From a virus, in IMG/VR virus record IMGVR_UViG_2643221492_000001, positions 7,564 to 71,563 of that record: a DNA stretch of 64,000 nt. One strand, given 5' to 3'. This document shows, piece after piece, positions 26,407 through 36,700 of this stretch (its first letter is position 1; every line of letters starts with the position of its first letter). The translations under genes and the position numbers were made by a program. Below the pieces are notes generated by a model. It did not search any database. It was not told the origin of the DNA and was given only the letters and a program-made list of their open reading frames with translations.

Positions 26407-29286
26407 ATGCACAGCGATCTCTACGACGAAATCAGCGCGGCGCTGGAGCGGGACTTCGAGTTCAAGCTCTCCAGCGATCGCCAGTACCTGCAGAAGGGCA
26501 AATGCCCCAACTGCGGCCAACGCGAGATGTTCACGTGGGCCGCGAAGCCGCTGGTGGTCATCTGCCAGCGCACCAACAACTGCGGCTACCAGTCGCACGT
26601 CAAGGACTTGCTGCCCGACTTCTTCGACAACTGGAGCGAGCGCTTCCAGAAACCCGAGCTGCAGAAGCCGCCAGACCAGCAGAACCCCAGCGCCGCAGCC
26701 GATGCCTATCTCGCCGAGAGCCGTGGCTTCGACCTGTCCCTGATCAAGGGCCTGTACACGCAGGAGCACTACTTCGACGCTCGCGCCGATGGCGGGCGCG
26801 GCGCCGGCACAGGCACCGTTCGCTTCCAGCTCGAGGAGACCTGGTGGGAGCGCTTCTTCGACGCGCCCCACCGCTTCGGCAAGAAGAAGGCCAACTTCAA
26901 GACCGGCGGCGCCTACAAGGGCACATGGTGGGCACTGCCCTCGCTGTCGTTCGCCGAGCCGGCACCGACCGAAACCGCCCTGTCTGCGGCCCTGCAGCAG
27001 GCGATGCGCGCCGCCGGCACCAGCAACACCGAAGCGCCCACCACCAATCCGCCCCCGACCGAGCTGTGGCTCGTGGAAGGCATCTTCGACGCGATCGCGC
27101 TGGCGCATCACGGCATCGCCGCCGTGGCGCTGCTGAGCTGCAACAACTACCCGGAGAAGGCGCTCGCCGCGCTCAAGGCCCAGCTCGAAGCCCAGGGCGG
27201 CACCGTCCCTGCGCCCGTGCTGGTGTGGGCCTTCGATGGCGATACCGCTGGGCGGGCTTTTACGCTGAAGTACGCGCGCCGCGCCCGCGATGAGGGCTGG
27301 GTGTGCGAGGCCGCTCAGATCCCGCAGGACAAGGGCAAGAAGGTCGACTGGAACGACGCGCACCAGCACGACCGGCTCAAAGAGAGCCACCTCAGGGAGT
27401 ACCGCTACCACGGTGCGCTGCTGCTGGCCGACTCGGCGCAGGAGAAAGCGCTGCTCATCTACAACCACACCGGCCGCGCGGAGTTCGACTTCGACCACGG
27501 CAATCGGCTGTGGTGGTTCAAGCTGGATCTCGACCGCTACGGCAAGGCCCGCGACGCGCTGCGCGAGGCGATCAAGGAAGGCACCCGGGAGGAAATGACA
27601 GAGGACGCCCAGCGCGACCAGGCGCTGCTCGAGTCCCACACCATCCAGAACATCGCGAACTGCCTGCCTCGGGCCCTCTACTACCAGAAGAACGAGGTCA
27701 CCGACGAGGCCTGGTACTACTTCCGCGTCACGTTCCCGCACGACAGCCCGGCAATCAAGGCCACGTTCACCTCAGGCCAGCTCACGGCCGCCACCGAGTT
27801 CGAGAAGCGGCTCCTGCACATCGCACCAGGCGCGATGTTCAGCGGCAGCAGCCACCAACTCAAGAAGATCATGCAGTGGCAGCTGGACAACCCGAAGGTG
27901 GTCCAGACCATCGATTTCATCGGCTACAGCGCCTCGCACAAGGCCTACATCCTCGGCAAGGTGGCCGTGCGCGAAGGCCAGATCCACGAGGCCAATAAGG
28001 AAGACTATTTCGAGTTCAACAAGCTCTCGATCAAGTCGCTTCAGAAGTCGATCCAGCTGCGGATCAATGCCGACCGCGAGGGCTATCAGCGGGCATGGCA
28101 GCAGCACCTGTGGCGCGCCTTTGGTGCCAAGGGCTACATCGCGTTGGCATTCTGGTTTGGCAGTCTCTTCGCCGAGCAGGTACGCGCCGAACAGCAGAGC
28201 TTCCCGTTCCTTGAGATCGTCGGCGAGCCCGGCGCCGGCAAGACCACGCTGATCCAGTTCCTCTGGAAGCTGCTCGGGCGCGACTACGAGGGCTTCGATC
28301 CCTCGAAGTCCACCGCCGCCGGGCGCCTGCGCACGTTCACGCAGGTCAGCAACCTTCCCATCGTGCTGATCGAGTCGGACCGGGAAACGAAGACCGGCGG
28401 GCAGGCCCACGTGAGGTCGTTCGACTGGGACGAGCTGAAAGACGCCTACAACGGCAACAGCATCCGCACCACCGGCGTGAAGACCGGCGGCAATGAGACA
28501 TACGACCCGCCCTTCCGCGCGTCGATCGTCATCAGCCAGAACAACCAGGTGCAGGCCTCGCAAGCCATCATGGAGCGGATCTGCCACATGACCTTCGACA
28601 CCGGAGGTTTCACGCAGAGCAGCTACGAGAGCGCCAAGACGCTCGAGAAGGTGGAGATCGAGGCGGTCAGCGGTTTCATCCTGGCCGCGCTGCGCCGCGA
28701 GGCCGAGGTGATGCAGGCCATCACCAGCTCGCACGACGAGAACATCCGCTTCCTGCTTGCGCAGGACGGCATCCACAAGCCGCGCATCGCGAAGAACCAC
28801 GCGCAGCTGTTGGCGATGGCCACGGCCATGCGCGGCGTGGTGAAGCTCTCGGACGAGCAGTTCGACCAGGTGCAGGCGCAGATCGTCACGATGGCCCGCG
28901 AACGCCAGAGCTCGATCAACGCCGACCACCCGCTGGTGCAGGAGTTCTGGGAGGCCTTCGATTACCTCGATGCCCTCGGCTACACGAACGTCAAGGGCGA
29001 GCACTTCGACCGCCCGTTGCTCAACCACAGCCGCACGGCCGATCAGATCGCCGTGAACCTCAACGAGTTCGTCGAGAAGGCGAACACGCACCGGCAGCAG
29101 ATCCCGCTGATGGCCGATCTCAAGAAGGTGCTGCGCACCAGCAAGACGCGGCGCTTTCTCGACGTCAAGTCCGTCAGCAGCGCCATCCGCTTCAGCGTGG
29201 TCGCGGTCACGGCGACCGACGTGAAGAAGGAAGTTCCGAAGACCGTGCATTGCTGGGTCTTCGAGCGGCCTGGGCGGGGGGGCTGA
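26407..29286 (+). CDS. Zn-finger/TOPRIM primase fused to a P-loop helicase (replication protein)
   Basis: CPNC..C..C, WLVEGIFDAIAL, AFDGD, IVGEPGAGKTTL. Confidence 0.88.
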   Translation: MHSDLYDEISAALERDFEFKLSSDRQYLQKGKCPNCGQREMFTWAAKPLVVICQRTNNCGYQSHVKDLLPDFFDNWSERFQKPELQKPPDQQNPSAAADAYLAESRGFDLSLIKGLYTQEHYFDARADGGRGAGTGTVRFQLEETWWERFFDAPHRFGKKKANFKTGGAYKGTWWALPSLSFAEPAPTETALSAALQQAMRAAGTSNTEAPTTNPPPTELWLVEGIFDAIALAHHGIAAVALLSCNNYPEKALAALKAQLEAQGGTVPAPVLVWAFDGDTAGRAFTLKYARRARDEGWVCEAAQIPQDKGKKVDWNDAHQHDRLKESHLREYRYHGALLLADSAQEKALLIYNHTGRAEFDFDHGNRLWWFKLDLDRYGKARDALREAIKEGTREEMTEDAQRDQALLESHTIQNIANCLPRALYYQKNEVTDEAWYYFRVTFPHDSPAIKATFTSGQLTAATEFEKRLLHIAPGAMFSGSSHQLKKIMQWQLDNPKVVQTIDFIGYSASHKAYILGKVAVREGQIHEANKEDYFEFNKLSIKSLQKSIQLRINADREGYQRAWQQHLWRAFGAKGYIALAFWFGSLFAEQVRAEQQSFPFLEIVGEPGAGKTTLIQFLWKLLGRDYEGFDPSKSTAAGRLRTFTQVSNLPIVLIESDRETKTGGQAHVRSFDWDELKDAYNGNSIRTTGVKTGGNETYDPPFRASIVISQNNQVQASQAIMERICHMTFDTGGFTQSSYESAKTLEKVEIEAVSGFILAALRREAEVMQAITSSHDENIRFLLAQDGIHKPRIAKNHAQLLAMATAMRGVVKLSDEQFDQVQAQIVTMARERQSSINADHPLVQEFWEAFDYLDALGYTNVKGEHFDRPLLNHSRTADQIAVNLNEFVEKANTHRQQIPLMADLKKVLRTSKTRRFLDVKSVSSAIRFSVVAVTATDVKKEVPKTVHCWVFERPGRGG

Positions 29287-29290
29287 AGCC

Positions 29291-29512
29291 ATGGAGCACG
29301 ACACCATGCACCTCCCCGAATCCCGGCCCTTCCGCTGCCACTACCGGCACGCCGTGCCAGGCCAGGAGCCGATCGCGCTCTTCATCCAGCTGCGCGCGCG
29401 TGACGCCGATGCGGCCCAGCGCCTCGCAGAGGCCGCTGTGGGCCGGCTGGTCGACCGCGTCGAGCCCGCCCCCTTCCCCTTTTCCATCACCAACCCTGCA
29501 AAGGAGGTCTGA
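29291..29512 (+). CDS. hypothetical phage protein
   Basis: Small ORF in the early operon with GC-rich third positions. Confidence 0.5.
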   Translation: MEHDTMHLPESRPFRCHYRHAVPGQEPIALFIQLRARDADAAQRLAEAAVGRLVDRVEPAPFPFSITNPAKEV

Positions 29513-29514
29513 CC

Positions 29515-29661
29515 ATGCACGCCTACATCGTGAAGGTCATCGACGCCACTGGCGTCTTCTACGGGTACGTCCAGCTCGCCACCTCGTGCGCCGCAGCCGA
29601 AGGCCTCGCCTTCGACCGCTTCGGCGACGTGCGACTGCTCAGCGTGCGGAGGTCCGCATGA
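29515..29661 (+). CDS. 48-aa hypothetical protein (not in the ORF track)
   Basis: AAGGAGG RBS; MHAYIVKVIDATGVFYGY...; ATGA overlap with the next ORF. Confidence 0.6.
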   Translation: MHAYIVKVIDATGVFYGYVQLATSCAAAEGLAFDRFGDVRLLSVRRSA

Positions 29662-29864
29662 GAAAGCGCAAATGGGACGAGCGGTCCAGCCTGGAGCGCA
29701 CAGCCTGCACAGCCGTGCTGCTGTCGGCGCTGCGCAACCTGCACAAGGTCTGCCTCGACATGGAACTGGAGCGCGAAGACAAGCGACCCAGCGAAGCCCA
29801 GTACCAGAACGCCATGCGCCACGCCGGCGCCGCCATCGCCATGTGCAGCGGAGGTGCATCGTGA
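29658..29864 (+). CDS. hypothetical phage protein
   Basis: GGAGG RBS; MRKRKWDERSSLERTAC... Confidence 0.55.
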   Translation: MRKRKWDERSSLERTACTAVLLSALRNLHKVCLDMELEREDKRPSEAQYQNAMRHAGAAIAMCSGGAS

Positions 29865-30067
29865 CCGGCCCCCGCAAGACCATGCCGACGCACAGCATCT
29901 ACGCGGACAACTTCAAGTATCGCGACTCGGCTCACACCGATATCCGCGAGACCTTCAAAGCCGCTCGGCGTGCGCTGGCCCGCGAGGCTCAGCGCAAGGC
30001 CGAGGAGCGCCAGCAGAGCCTGGAACTCGACAACGTGGTGCCCATGCCCTCGCGAGGTGGCAAATGA
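29861..30067 (+). CDS. hypothetical phage protein
   Basis: FKYRDSAHTDIRETFKAAR; coupled overlaps. Confidence 0.6.
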   Translation: MTGPRKTMPTHSIYADNFKYRDSAHTDIRETFKAARRALAREAQRKAEERQQSLELDNVVPMPSRGGK

Positions 30068-30348
30068 GCGGTTACGACATCGCGACCGCGCCGGATACGG
30101 CGATCGTGCAGCTCGTGTTCACGTCGCCGCCGTGCGTGGGCCACAGCAAGCCCATGGAACGGGCGCTAGTGACCTCGTTTCGGGCTTGCGAGCTGTGCAC
30201 GCACTCGACGGCCCGCGCCGGCCGTCTGCTGTGCGACAGCCCAGCCGTGCGGCTGACGGGCCAGCCCGAAGCGCTGGACGTGGCACGTGCGCCGGCCGGC
30301 AGCTGCGGGCCCAACGCCAGGCATCTCGACATGCCGGGCTGGCACTGA
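30064..30348 (+). CDS. Cys-rich hypothetical protein
   Basis: RACELCTH..LLCDSP..GSCGPNARH; GAGG RBS. Confidence 0.55.
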   Translation: MSGYDIATAPDTAIVQLVFTSPPCVGHSKPMERALVTSFRACELCTHSTARAGRLLCDSPAVRLTGQPEALDVARAPAGSCGPNARHLDMPGWH

Positions 30349-30363
30349 CGACGAGAAGCCGCC

Positions 30364-30636
30364 ATGGCCCACGCGATCGAGCCCACCGACCAGATGCTGC
30401 ACGAAGCCTGCGCACGCATGGCGGAGCGCTTTCACTGGGCCGATGACTTCGAGGCGGTGATGCAGGACCGCGTGCGCAGCCGACTGGTGCGCATCGCAGC
30501 CCGGCATCCGACCGCCGCCGGCAGGGCACCCGCGCCGCCGCGCGCGCCGGCCTGCCGCCCCTTCCAGCCACCCACCAGCGGAATCCCCCTTTTCGACCGC
30601 AAGCGCGCCGCCTCGGGCGAGCGCGATGACGACTGA
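30364..30636 (+). CDS. hypothetical phage protein
   Basis: C-terminal FDRKRAASGERDD motif. Confidence 0.6.
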   Translation: MAHAIEPTDQMLHEACARMAERFHWADDFEAVMQDRVRSRLVRIAARHPTAAGRAPAPPRAPACRPFQPPTSGIPLFDRKRAASGERDDD

Positions 30637-30659
30637 CACAACCCTTTCAGAGACTCAAC

Positions 30660-31625
30660 ATGAAACGCGTCTACATCGAGGCCCCTCGTGCCTTCGGCAA
30701 GGTCACCCAGCGCAGCATCACGGTGATCGCCTTCACCGGGAAGACCGGCGCGGGCAAGGACAGTTGTGCCGCTGTCCTGCACAACCGCTTCCAGTTCGAA
30801 ACCATCGCGTTCGCCGACGCACTGCGGCGAGAGATCGCGGCGGCATGGCGTCTCGACGAACGGATGCTCAACTTTCGGCCGACGAAGGAATTCTCGATTC
30901 CTGCGCTCGCCGTGGGCATGTGCAGCGATCCTGCCTTCATCAACTGGTGCTTCGACGCCGACGAGAGCCTGCACGAGCCGCGCAGCCCGCGCTGGGTGAT
31001 GCAGCACTGGGCCGACTACCAGCGCCGTTACCGCCCGACCTACTACGCCGACATCGTCACGCGCTGGATCAGCCGGCAGGCCTCGGTGGGCTTTCGCCGC
31101 TTCGCGGTCACAGATCTGCGCGATCCGGTCGAGGTGCAAGCCCTGATGGCCCTCGGCGTGCAGTTGAGCGTGGTCCGCGTCCTGGGCCCGCACGCGGCCG
31201 GGCTCAGCGCCGACACGGCGCACCACAGCAGCGAGCGGCACGAGATCGATGCGGACTTCGAGCTGGTGAACGATGGAAGCCTGGAGTTGCTCGCCGAACG
31301 CGTCTCGGCCTTGCCGCCAGTGCGGTGCCTGACCGACGAAGGGCGCGCGGCGTTCATGCAGGAAATGCTCACCGGCCACTTCAGCAGTGAGGCCCATCCG
31401 TTGGAGGAACTGGTCAAGCAGTACCACGAGCGCTGCGAGACCTACGACCGCAGCGTATGCACGGGGCCGGTGGGCGTCGACGGCATCTTGCCGGCCACCG
31501 ACCGTGAACGCAGCCTCATCAACCTCAACGCACAACGCGTGCGCCAAGAGATCCTCGGGCGCAACGGCATCGGCCCTGCCGCCTTCAGCGCCGCCCTGGC
31601 CTCTTTCGGTCGCCGGGGAGTCTGA
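30660..31625 (+). CDS. deoxynucleoside monophosphate kinase-like P-loop protein with a C-terminal extension
   Basis: IAFTGKTGAGKDS, AFADALR, PRWVMQHW, VTDLR, HSSE, NDGS. Confidence 0.75.
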   Translation: MKRVYIEAPRAFGKVTQRSITVIAFTGKTGAGKDSCAAVLHNRFQFETIAFADALRREIAAAWRLDERMLNFRPTKEFSIPALAVGMCSDPAFINWCFDADESLHEPRSPRWVMQHWADYQRRYRPTYYADIVTRWISRQASVGFRRFAVTDLRDPVEVQALMALGVQLSVVRVLGPHAAGLSADTAHHSSERHEIDADFELVNDGSLELLAERVSALPPVRCLTDEGRAAFMQEMLTGHFSSEAHPLEELVKQYHERCETYDRSVCTGPVGVDGILPATDRERSLINLNAQRVRQEILGRNGIGPAAFSAALASFGRRGV

Positions 31626-31627
31626 TC

Positions 31628-31948
31628 GTGGACGAGCTCTTCGTCATCCTCGACATCACGGGCTGCGAAAACTGGCCCTTCGCCCTGCAGTACCTCACCG
31701 GGCCGGCCTCGCCGCGCAGCATTCCGCCGGAAGGCCGTTCGAACGTGCTGCAGGTCAGCCGTGGCGCTGCCGAGCGCGAGGCGGTGCGCCTGGCAGAAAT
31801 GCATCCGGGCCACACGTTCGCGCTGTTCCTCGCCACCCACGCCACCGTGCGGACCGAGATCCCGGCGAGCGTGAACTTCAAAGGAGAGCCGTTCATGCGG
31901 CGCAGCCTCACCCAGCTGCTGCCTCTCGATGACGGCGTGCCCTTCTGA
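31628..31948 (+). CDS. hypothetical phage protein
   Basis: AAEREAVRLAEMHPGHTFALF; ends in DDGVPF. Confidence 0.6.
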   Translation: MDELFVILDITGCENWPFALQYLTGPASPRSIPPEGRSNVLQVSRGAAEREAVRLAEMHPGHTFALFLATHATVRTEIPASVNFKGEPFMRRSLTQLLPLDDGVPF

Positions 31949-32063
31949 GGGCCGACATGAAGCACCAGAAGAAACGCCATCGCCGCCCGGCGCGCACCTG
32001 CGCCGAGCTGGCGCGCATGGCCGAACTCAATCAAGCGCGCGACGAGGCGCTCAAGGAGATCTC

Positions 32064-32288
32064 ATGAAGTGCCCCGCCTGCACAAGCACAGAGCAGCGCG
32101 TGCTTTCCACGCGCACCGCCGACTCCAGAATCACGCGCCTGCGCTGCTGCGACGCCTGCGGGCACCGGTGGAACACCGTGGAGATCGGCGCTCAGAACCT
32201 CAACCGCATGGAGTCCGCCGTGGCGGCCGTGCGCACCTTCACCAGCCTTTCCAAAGAACTCGAAGATGCCAAGGCCACGCACAGTTAA
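32064..32288 (+). CDS. NrdR N-terminal-like zinc-ribbon protein
   Basis: MKCPAC..RVLSTR..TRLRCCDACGHRWNTVE; AAGGAG RBS; overlaps the int start. Confidence 0.7.
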   Translation: MKCPACTSTEQRVLSTRTADSRITRLRCCDACGHRWNTVEIGAQNLNRMESAVAAVRTFTSLSKELEDAKATHS

Positions 32289-33402
32289 CAAGAAGATCCC
32301 GGACCTGCCACGCGGCATGCGCCGGGTGGATGGAGTCTGGTACTGGCGCGGCACCGACGGGCTCACCAGGGAGATCGAGGCGGGGCTGAAAGCGACCGGC
32401 ATGAAGATGCGGTGCGGCACGACGCCCGTCCAGGCCCGGCTCTGGTGGGAGAAGCATGTCTCGCCGGCGCTCGCCGCCGCGGTGCCCGACGACGATGTCG
32501 TCGGCACCATCGAGGAGATCATTCGGAAGTACGAGGCCGACGAGCTCGCCACCATGAAGCGAGAGAAGACGAAGGAGGAGTACAGCGGCCGCATCCGCCG
32601 GCTGCGCGCTGCCTTTCGTACGAAGCGCTACCCAAAAACTGAGGCGCACGCCCTGCTGCCCGGCTACCTGAGCGCGGTCGCGATCACGCAGCACCTGCAC
32701 GACAACCGGGAGCGGGCATCGTCAGCCAACAAAGACATGCAGCTTCTGTCGCGCATGTTCCGCCTGGCGCGCGTGCGCTGGGGCTTGACCACATTCAACC
32801 CGTGCGACGGCATCGAATACCTGCCCGAGGCGCCGCGCGACCAATACGTCAGCGACGCCCGCTATGCCGATATCCACGCCGCGGCGAGCCCGCTGCTGCA
32901 GTGCATGCTGGAGATCAGCACCCAAACCGGCGCCCGTCAGGGGATGATCCTCGACATCCGGATCGGAGACTTCAACCAGCAGGGCATCGACATCCGCGTG
33001 ACGAAGAAGCGCAACAGCACCGGCTTCGTGACGAAGCGCTACGCCATGACGCCCGACCTCTGGCGCGCGCTGAGCACCGCGCTCGAGCTGCGGAAGAAGC
33101 GTCGCGGTGGCGCCCAGTGCCTGCCGGAGCACCACCTTTTCATCACGAAAAACGGCACGCCGTACACGAAGGAATCTTTCAAGAGCCTGTGGCGCGTGGT
33201 GCGCAAGAAGCTCGGCCTCGGCGGCCGGGAGATCACCTTCCACGACATGCGCGCCAAGGCGGCATCCGATGCCGTGTCCGACACTGCCGCGCAGGAGCTG
33301 CTGCACCACGAAGACGTCAAGGTCACGAAGCGCGTCTACCGTCGCAAAGTGCCAACAGGTACACCCCTGCCGTCAGCAATCGGGGGGCGTGACGAAACCT
33401 GA
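32266..33402 (+). CDS. int: tyrosine recombinase (integrase)
   Basis: TGARQG (R), FHDMRAK (HxxR), LLHHED, KRVY (Y); adjacent to att. Confidence 0.92.
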   Translation: MPRPRTVNKKIPDLPRGMRRVDGVWYWRGTDGLTREIEAGLKATGMKMRCGTTPVQARLWWEKHVSPALAAAVPDDDVVGTIEEIIRKYEADELATMKREKTKEEYSGRIRRLRAAFRTKRYPKTEAHALLPGYLSAVAITQHLHDNRERASSANKDMQLLSRMFRLARVRWGLTTFNPCDGIEYLPEAPRDQYVSDARYADIHAAASPLLQCMLEISTQTGARQGMILDIRIGDFNQQGIDIRVTKKRNSTGFVTKRYAMTPDLWRALSTALELRKKRRGGAQCLPEHHLFITKNGTPYTKESFKSLWRVVRKKLGLGGREITFHDMRAKAASDAVSDTAAQELLHHEDVKVTKRVYRRKVPTGTPLPSAIGGRDET

Positions 33403-33448
33403 AAGGCCCCGGGTTTGTCAGGAACCCTATCCATTTGTCAGCCGCAAA

Positions 33449-33483
33449 GAAAAACGGGTCAGGACTTGTGGTCCTAACCCGTT
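33449..33483 (-). terminator. rho-independent terminator downstream of the tRNA 3' end
   Basis: Minus strand AACGGGTTAGGAC-cacaa-GTCCTGACCCGTT followed by a T-run. Confidence 0.75.
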
Positions 33484-33500
33484 GATCTATCTAGCAAAAA

Positions 33501-33547
33501 TGGTCGGTGTGAAAGGATTCGAACCTTCGACCCCTTGCACCCCATGC
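33501..33547 (-). tRNA. 3' half of tRNA-Pro(GGG): att core between the two prophages, not an intact gene
   Basis: Minus strand GC-ATGGGGT-GCAAG GGGTC GAAGG TTCGAAT CCTTT CACACCG ACCA; D arm and 5' acceptor strand absent. Confidence 0.9.
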
Positions 33548-33689
33548 GAGGGGGTTCGGTGCAACTAAGTGGTTGTCGCGATTTAAGTTTCTGGAAAACA
33601 CCGTGACAAAAAATCACCGGTAGGATTCTCGATTTTTGCATCTGTGTCAGAGGGAAGGCGGCGCATTTGTCCGCGCAGCCACCTCTGCC

Positions 33690-33705
33690 TACTACCATCG
33701 GTAGG
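33690..33705 (-). repeat. dispersed 16-bp motif, copy 1 (CCTACCGATGGTAGTA)
   Basis: Immediately after the stop codon of the giant gene. Confidence 0.8.
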
Positions 33706-36700
33706 CTAGTCCGAGCTTGCCGGAGACAATTTTTCCCGGGTCTTTTTCCCGAGTTCCTTCAGCTTCTCGATCTCGCGCGCTATCCGCCGCTCACCCTCCT
33801 CTCGGCTGATCTCGCCACGAGCCATCTTGCGGCCAATGGAACGGGCCTCGGTCTCGATCACCTTCTCTCTGGCCTTGGCATCCAGGCCGACGCTGGCCGC
33901 CTCATCAGCCAGGCGGCGAGAGTCGACCTTCACGCCCAGGGCTTTCGACACCGCCAAGCCGGCATCCGTTTCCTTTCCGAGCCCGGTCTTGGCGCCGTCG
34001 AGAGCCTTCTCGATGCCGGTCCAGCCATAGGGGTCCAGCATGCCGCTATCAACCGGGGCGCCCATCTTGCGCATGAGCCAGCCCAGGCCCGGCGTGGGCA
34101 AGTTCGGCAGCATGAACTTCGCGAGCGTGTCGGAGACCTTCATCACCATCTCGCCGGCCGTGTCGGTCGGCTTGACGATCTTGTCGCCGCGCCAGTTGGT
34201 GTTCGAGTAGAAGTCGATCAACAGGGAAAGCGGGCCTCCGATTGACAGCCAGCTCGGCAGGGGGACGCTGGCCTTGCTGCCGCTGGTGTCCGTGATGTCT
34301 CCGGCTGGGAGCCATCGGCGCACGTCCAGCCACATGGGGTCATTGCTCTCGTTGTTCCACGGCAGCCGCACCATTTTCGGAAGGCCCAGCGATTTGCCCT
34401 GCAGGTCTTCGGGCAACAGCCGCTCTTCCTTTTCGCGATCACCACCGGCACCCAGCGCCATATAGGTCAGCATCGACAACGCCTCACCGAGCGCGGCGTA
34501 CTTGGCGAACTTCCAGGGCTTCGTAACCACGGCCTTCGCAAGCAAGGGCACCGCCCGATAGGTGAAGCTGACGAACGGAAGCACGCTGCGACGTGCTGCC
34601 CGGACCCAAGGAGCGTTGATGTCGTAGTTGAGGAAGGCGTCGCGCGCAGCCTTGCCTGCGTCCGCGTCGCTCTTCCCTGCCTCGATCTCGTTGAGGAACT
34701 TCGCCAAGCGGAACACAGAGTCTTCCGACTGGTAGGCCTTGATCATCGCGCCCATGGTGCTACCCAGCGCCCGCCCCGGCAGGGTCTTCGTGGAAGCGAT
34801 GCCGGCCTCACGGAAACTGCCGTGGGCGGCAAGCGCGACCACGTTGGCAAGGCTGGCCTTCTGCACCGACTCCGGGTCGCTCTTGGCAATCTGCTGCAGC
34901 AGCGGCTCGATCACCGAAGTCCTGATCTCGTTGCTCGCGAACGACCCGCCCTCAGCGCCAGAATCGTCATAGCGCTCGATCAAAGCCTTCGCCCTGGCAT
35001 CCCCTGCCTTCGACGCAACGATGGTCTCCAGGGCCTTGCGAAGGTCGTTCACTCCGACCTCCGCGAGGTCGGCCATGATGAAGTTCGACATCACATTGTT
35101 GACGTGAACCGCGGGCGACAGTGCCGTCTTGCTGATCTTCCAAGCACCCAGCAGCTTGTCCCACAGGCCGTTGCGCAGCTCCATCGCGCCAGCGATGTCG
35201 GAATACATCACGGCCGGGAGGTACTTGCCAGCCAAGTCGCCATAGCGTGCAACCTGGGTTCCCTTGATCTTGGTCTCGGGCACCTTGACCCACTGGTCAC
35301 GAGTGAACGTCTGCGAGCCGAGCACTGCATGAGCACCGCTGATGTCGACGACATCGAGACCGGCATCGCTGTCCTTGCCGTAGTTGATGGCCGTCCACTG
35401 CAGCAGCCGCGAGGTCTCGACATCCCGGACGCCCTGTACCATCGTGCGCGCGAAGGCATACCTTGCATCTTCGATCTCGCCCATGCGCTGCCGTTCGGCC
35501 AGGGTGAAGTCGCGCCAAACCTTGATGTTGCCGGCCTTGGTCGCGTCGCGTACCTCCCAGGTGCCGGCGTTTGCGTAGCCTTCCAGTGCGACAGGCCGCT
35601 TTGCCCCTTGAACCAGATACTCGCGGCGAATGAGCTTGCCGCTGTTGTCCCGCTTCTCCAGCATTTCCAGCTTGAGCCCCTTCAGGTCTTCCGGCAGATC
35701 GCCGCGCACGCGATCCAGGCTTGCCTCCAGCTCCATGCCGCGCCCCTTGAACTGGTCGCCCTTCAGACGTTGAGCGCGCTGACGCGCGACAGCCTGAGAG
35801 CCGGTCAGCTCTGCCTCGTACTTCTTGTAGCTCCGATGGACGTAGGCCATCTTGTTGCGCTCGTAAGTCTCCGGCGTGATGAGCCCGAGTTTGACCGCCT
35901 CCTTGGAGAGGTTGTCGATGTCGGTCTTCATCTGCCGCATCACTTCCTGCTGAACTGCAGGAAGCCTTTCGAGAAGCTCGCGTTCGCGAGCTGTATCGGG
36001 CTTCTCCTGCAGCCATTGATAGGCGACGGAGAGCTGGTCAGGCGTCATAGACGAGAGACGATCCAAGGTGCCCTTGGCCTCGCGCATGAGCTTGTTCTCG
36101 CGAACGGTCTTGTCGAACTTTGCAGACAGGTACTCGGCAGGGAGCCCGTAGTCCGAGATGAGGCCTTGCTTGGCCTTCTCCAGCCAAGACCAGGACGACT
36201 TCGCATCGAGTGCACGCTCAGCCAGGCTCACAGCCTTGGCGCCGAGTGCCTTCACGCCCGAGACGCGCGCGAGCTGTTCGCCGATAGAGTCGACAACCTT
36301 GTTCGTAACTTGGAGGCCTGCCATTACTGGCGCAGTCGCCTTTATGCCCAAAGCACCAACGGCCGCCGCGGCGGCTCCGGCAGTACGCCCTTGATCCTCC
36401 TGGGCATGCTCCGATGCGCGGGAGCTACGGCGCAGTCCTAGTTCGGCGTCAGCGGCGACCGAGCGCACAGTCGGGCTTCTTCTGGCGGCCTCTGCGTAGG
36501 CCCTCGCCAGGTCCGTCCTCATCGAAATCGCAGCGTTGCCGAAGCCAGAGTCTTTGGAGAGGTCCACCTTGAAGCCTACATCCACCAGTCGGTTCAACCA
36601 ACGCGCCGCCCATCGGAAGAATCGCTTCAAACCGGTCGAATCCATCTCAGCCTGGAACTCTTCCCAGAATCTGTCCTGCTTAAACGCAGCGCCAGCCACG

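Larger units (their letters stand above)
1..33547. mobile_element. P2-like (Peduovirus-type) prophage; left end lies outside the window
   Basis: P2 gene order Q-P/O-N-M-L-X-lysis-R-S-V-W-J-I-H-FI-FII-E-T-U-D, plus repressor, Ogr and an integrase next to a tRNA 3' fragment. Confidence 0.97.

Noticed and set aside
2123-27741. Long antisense or shifted ORFs in the track (e.g. 2123-3928 +, 4438-6033 -, 16800-19151 -, 25633-27741 -)
   Set aside because: Shadow frames of GC-rich genes: no RBS, no motifs, biased composition
33501-33580. Intact tRNA-Pro gene
   Set aside because: Similarity stops 2 nt beyond the anticodon loop; there is no D arm or 5' acceptor strand
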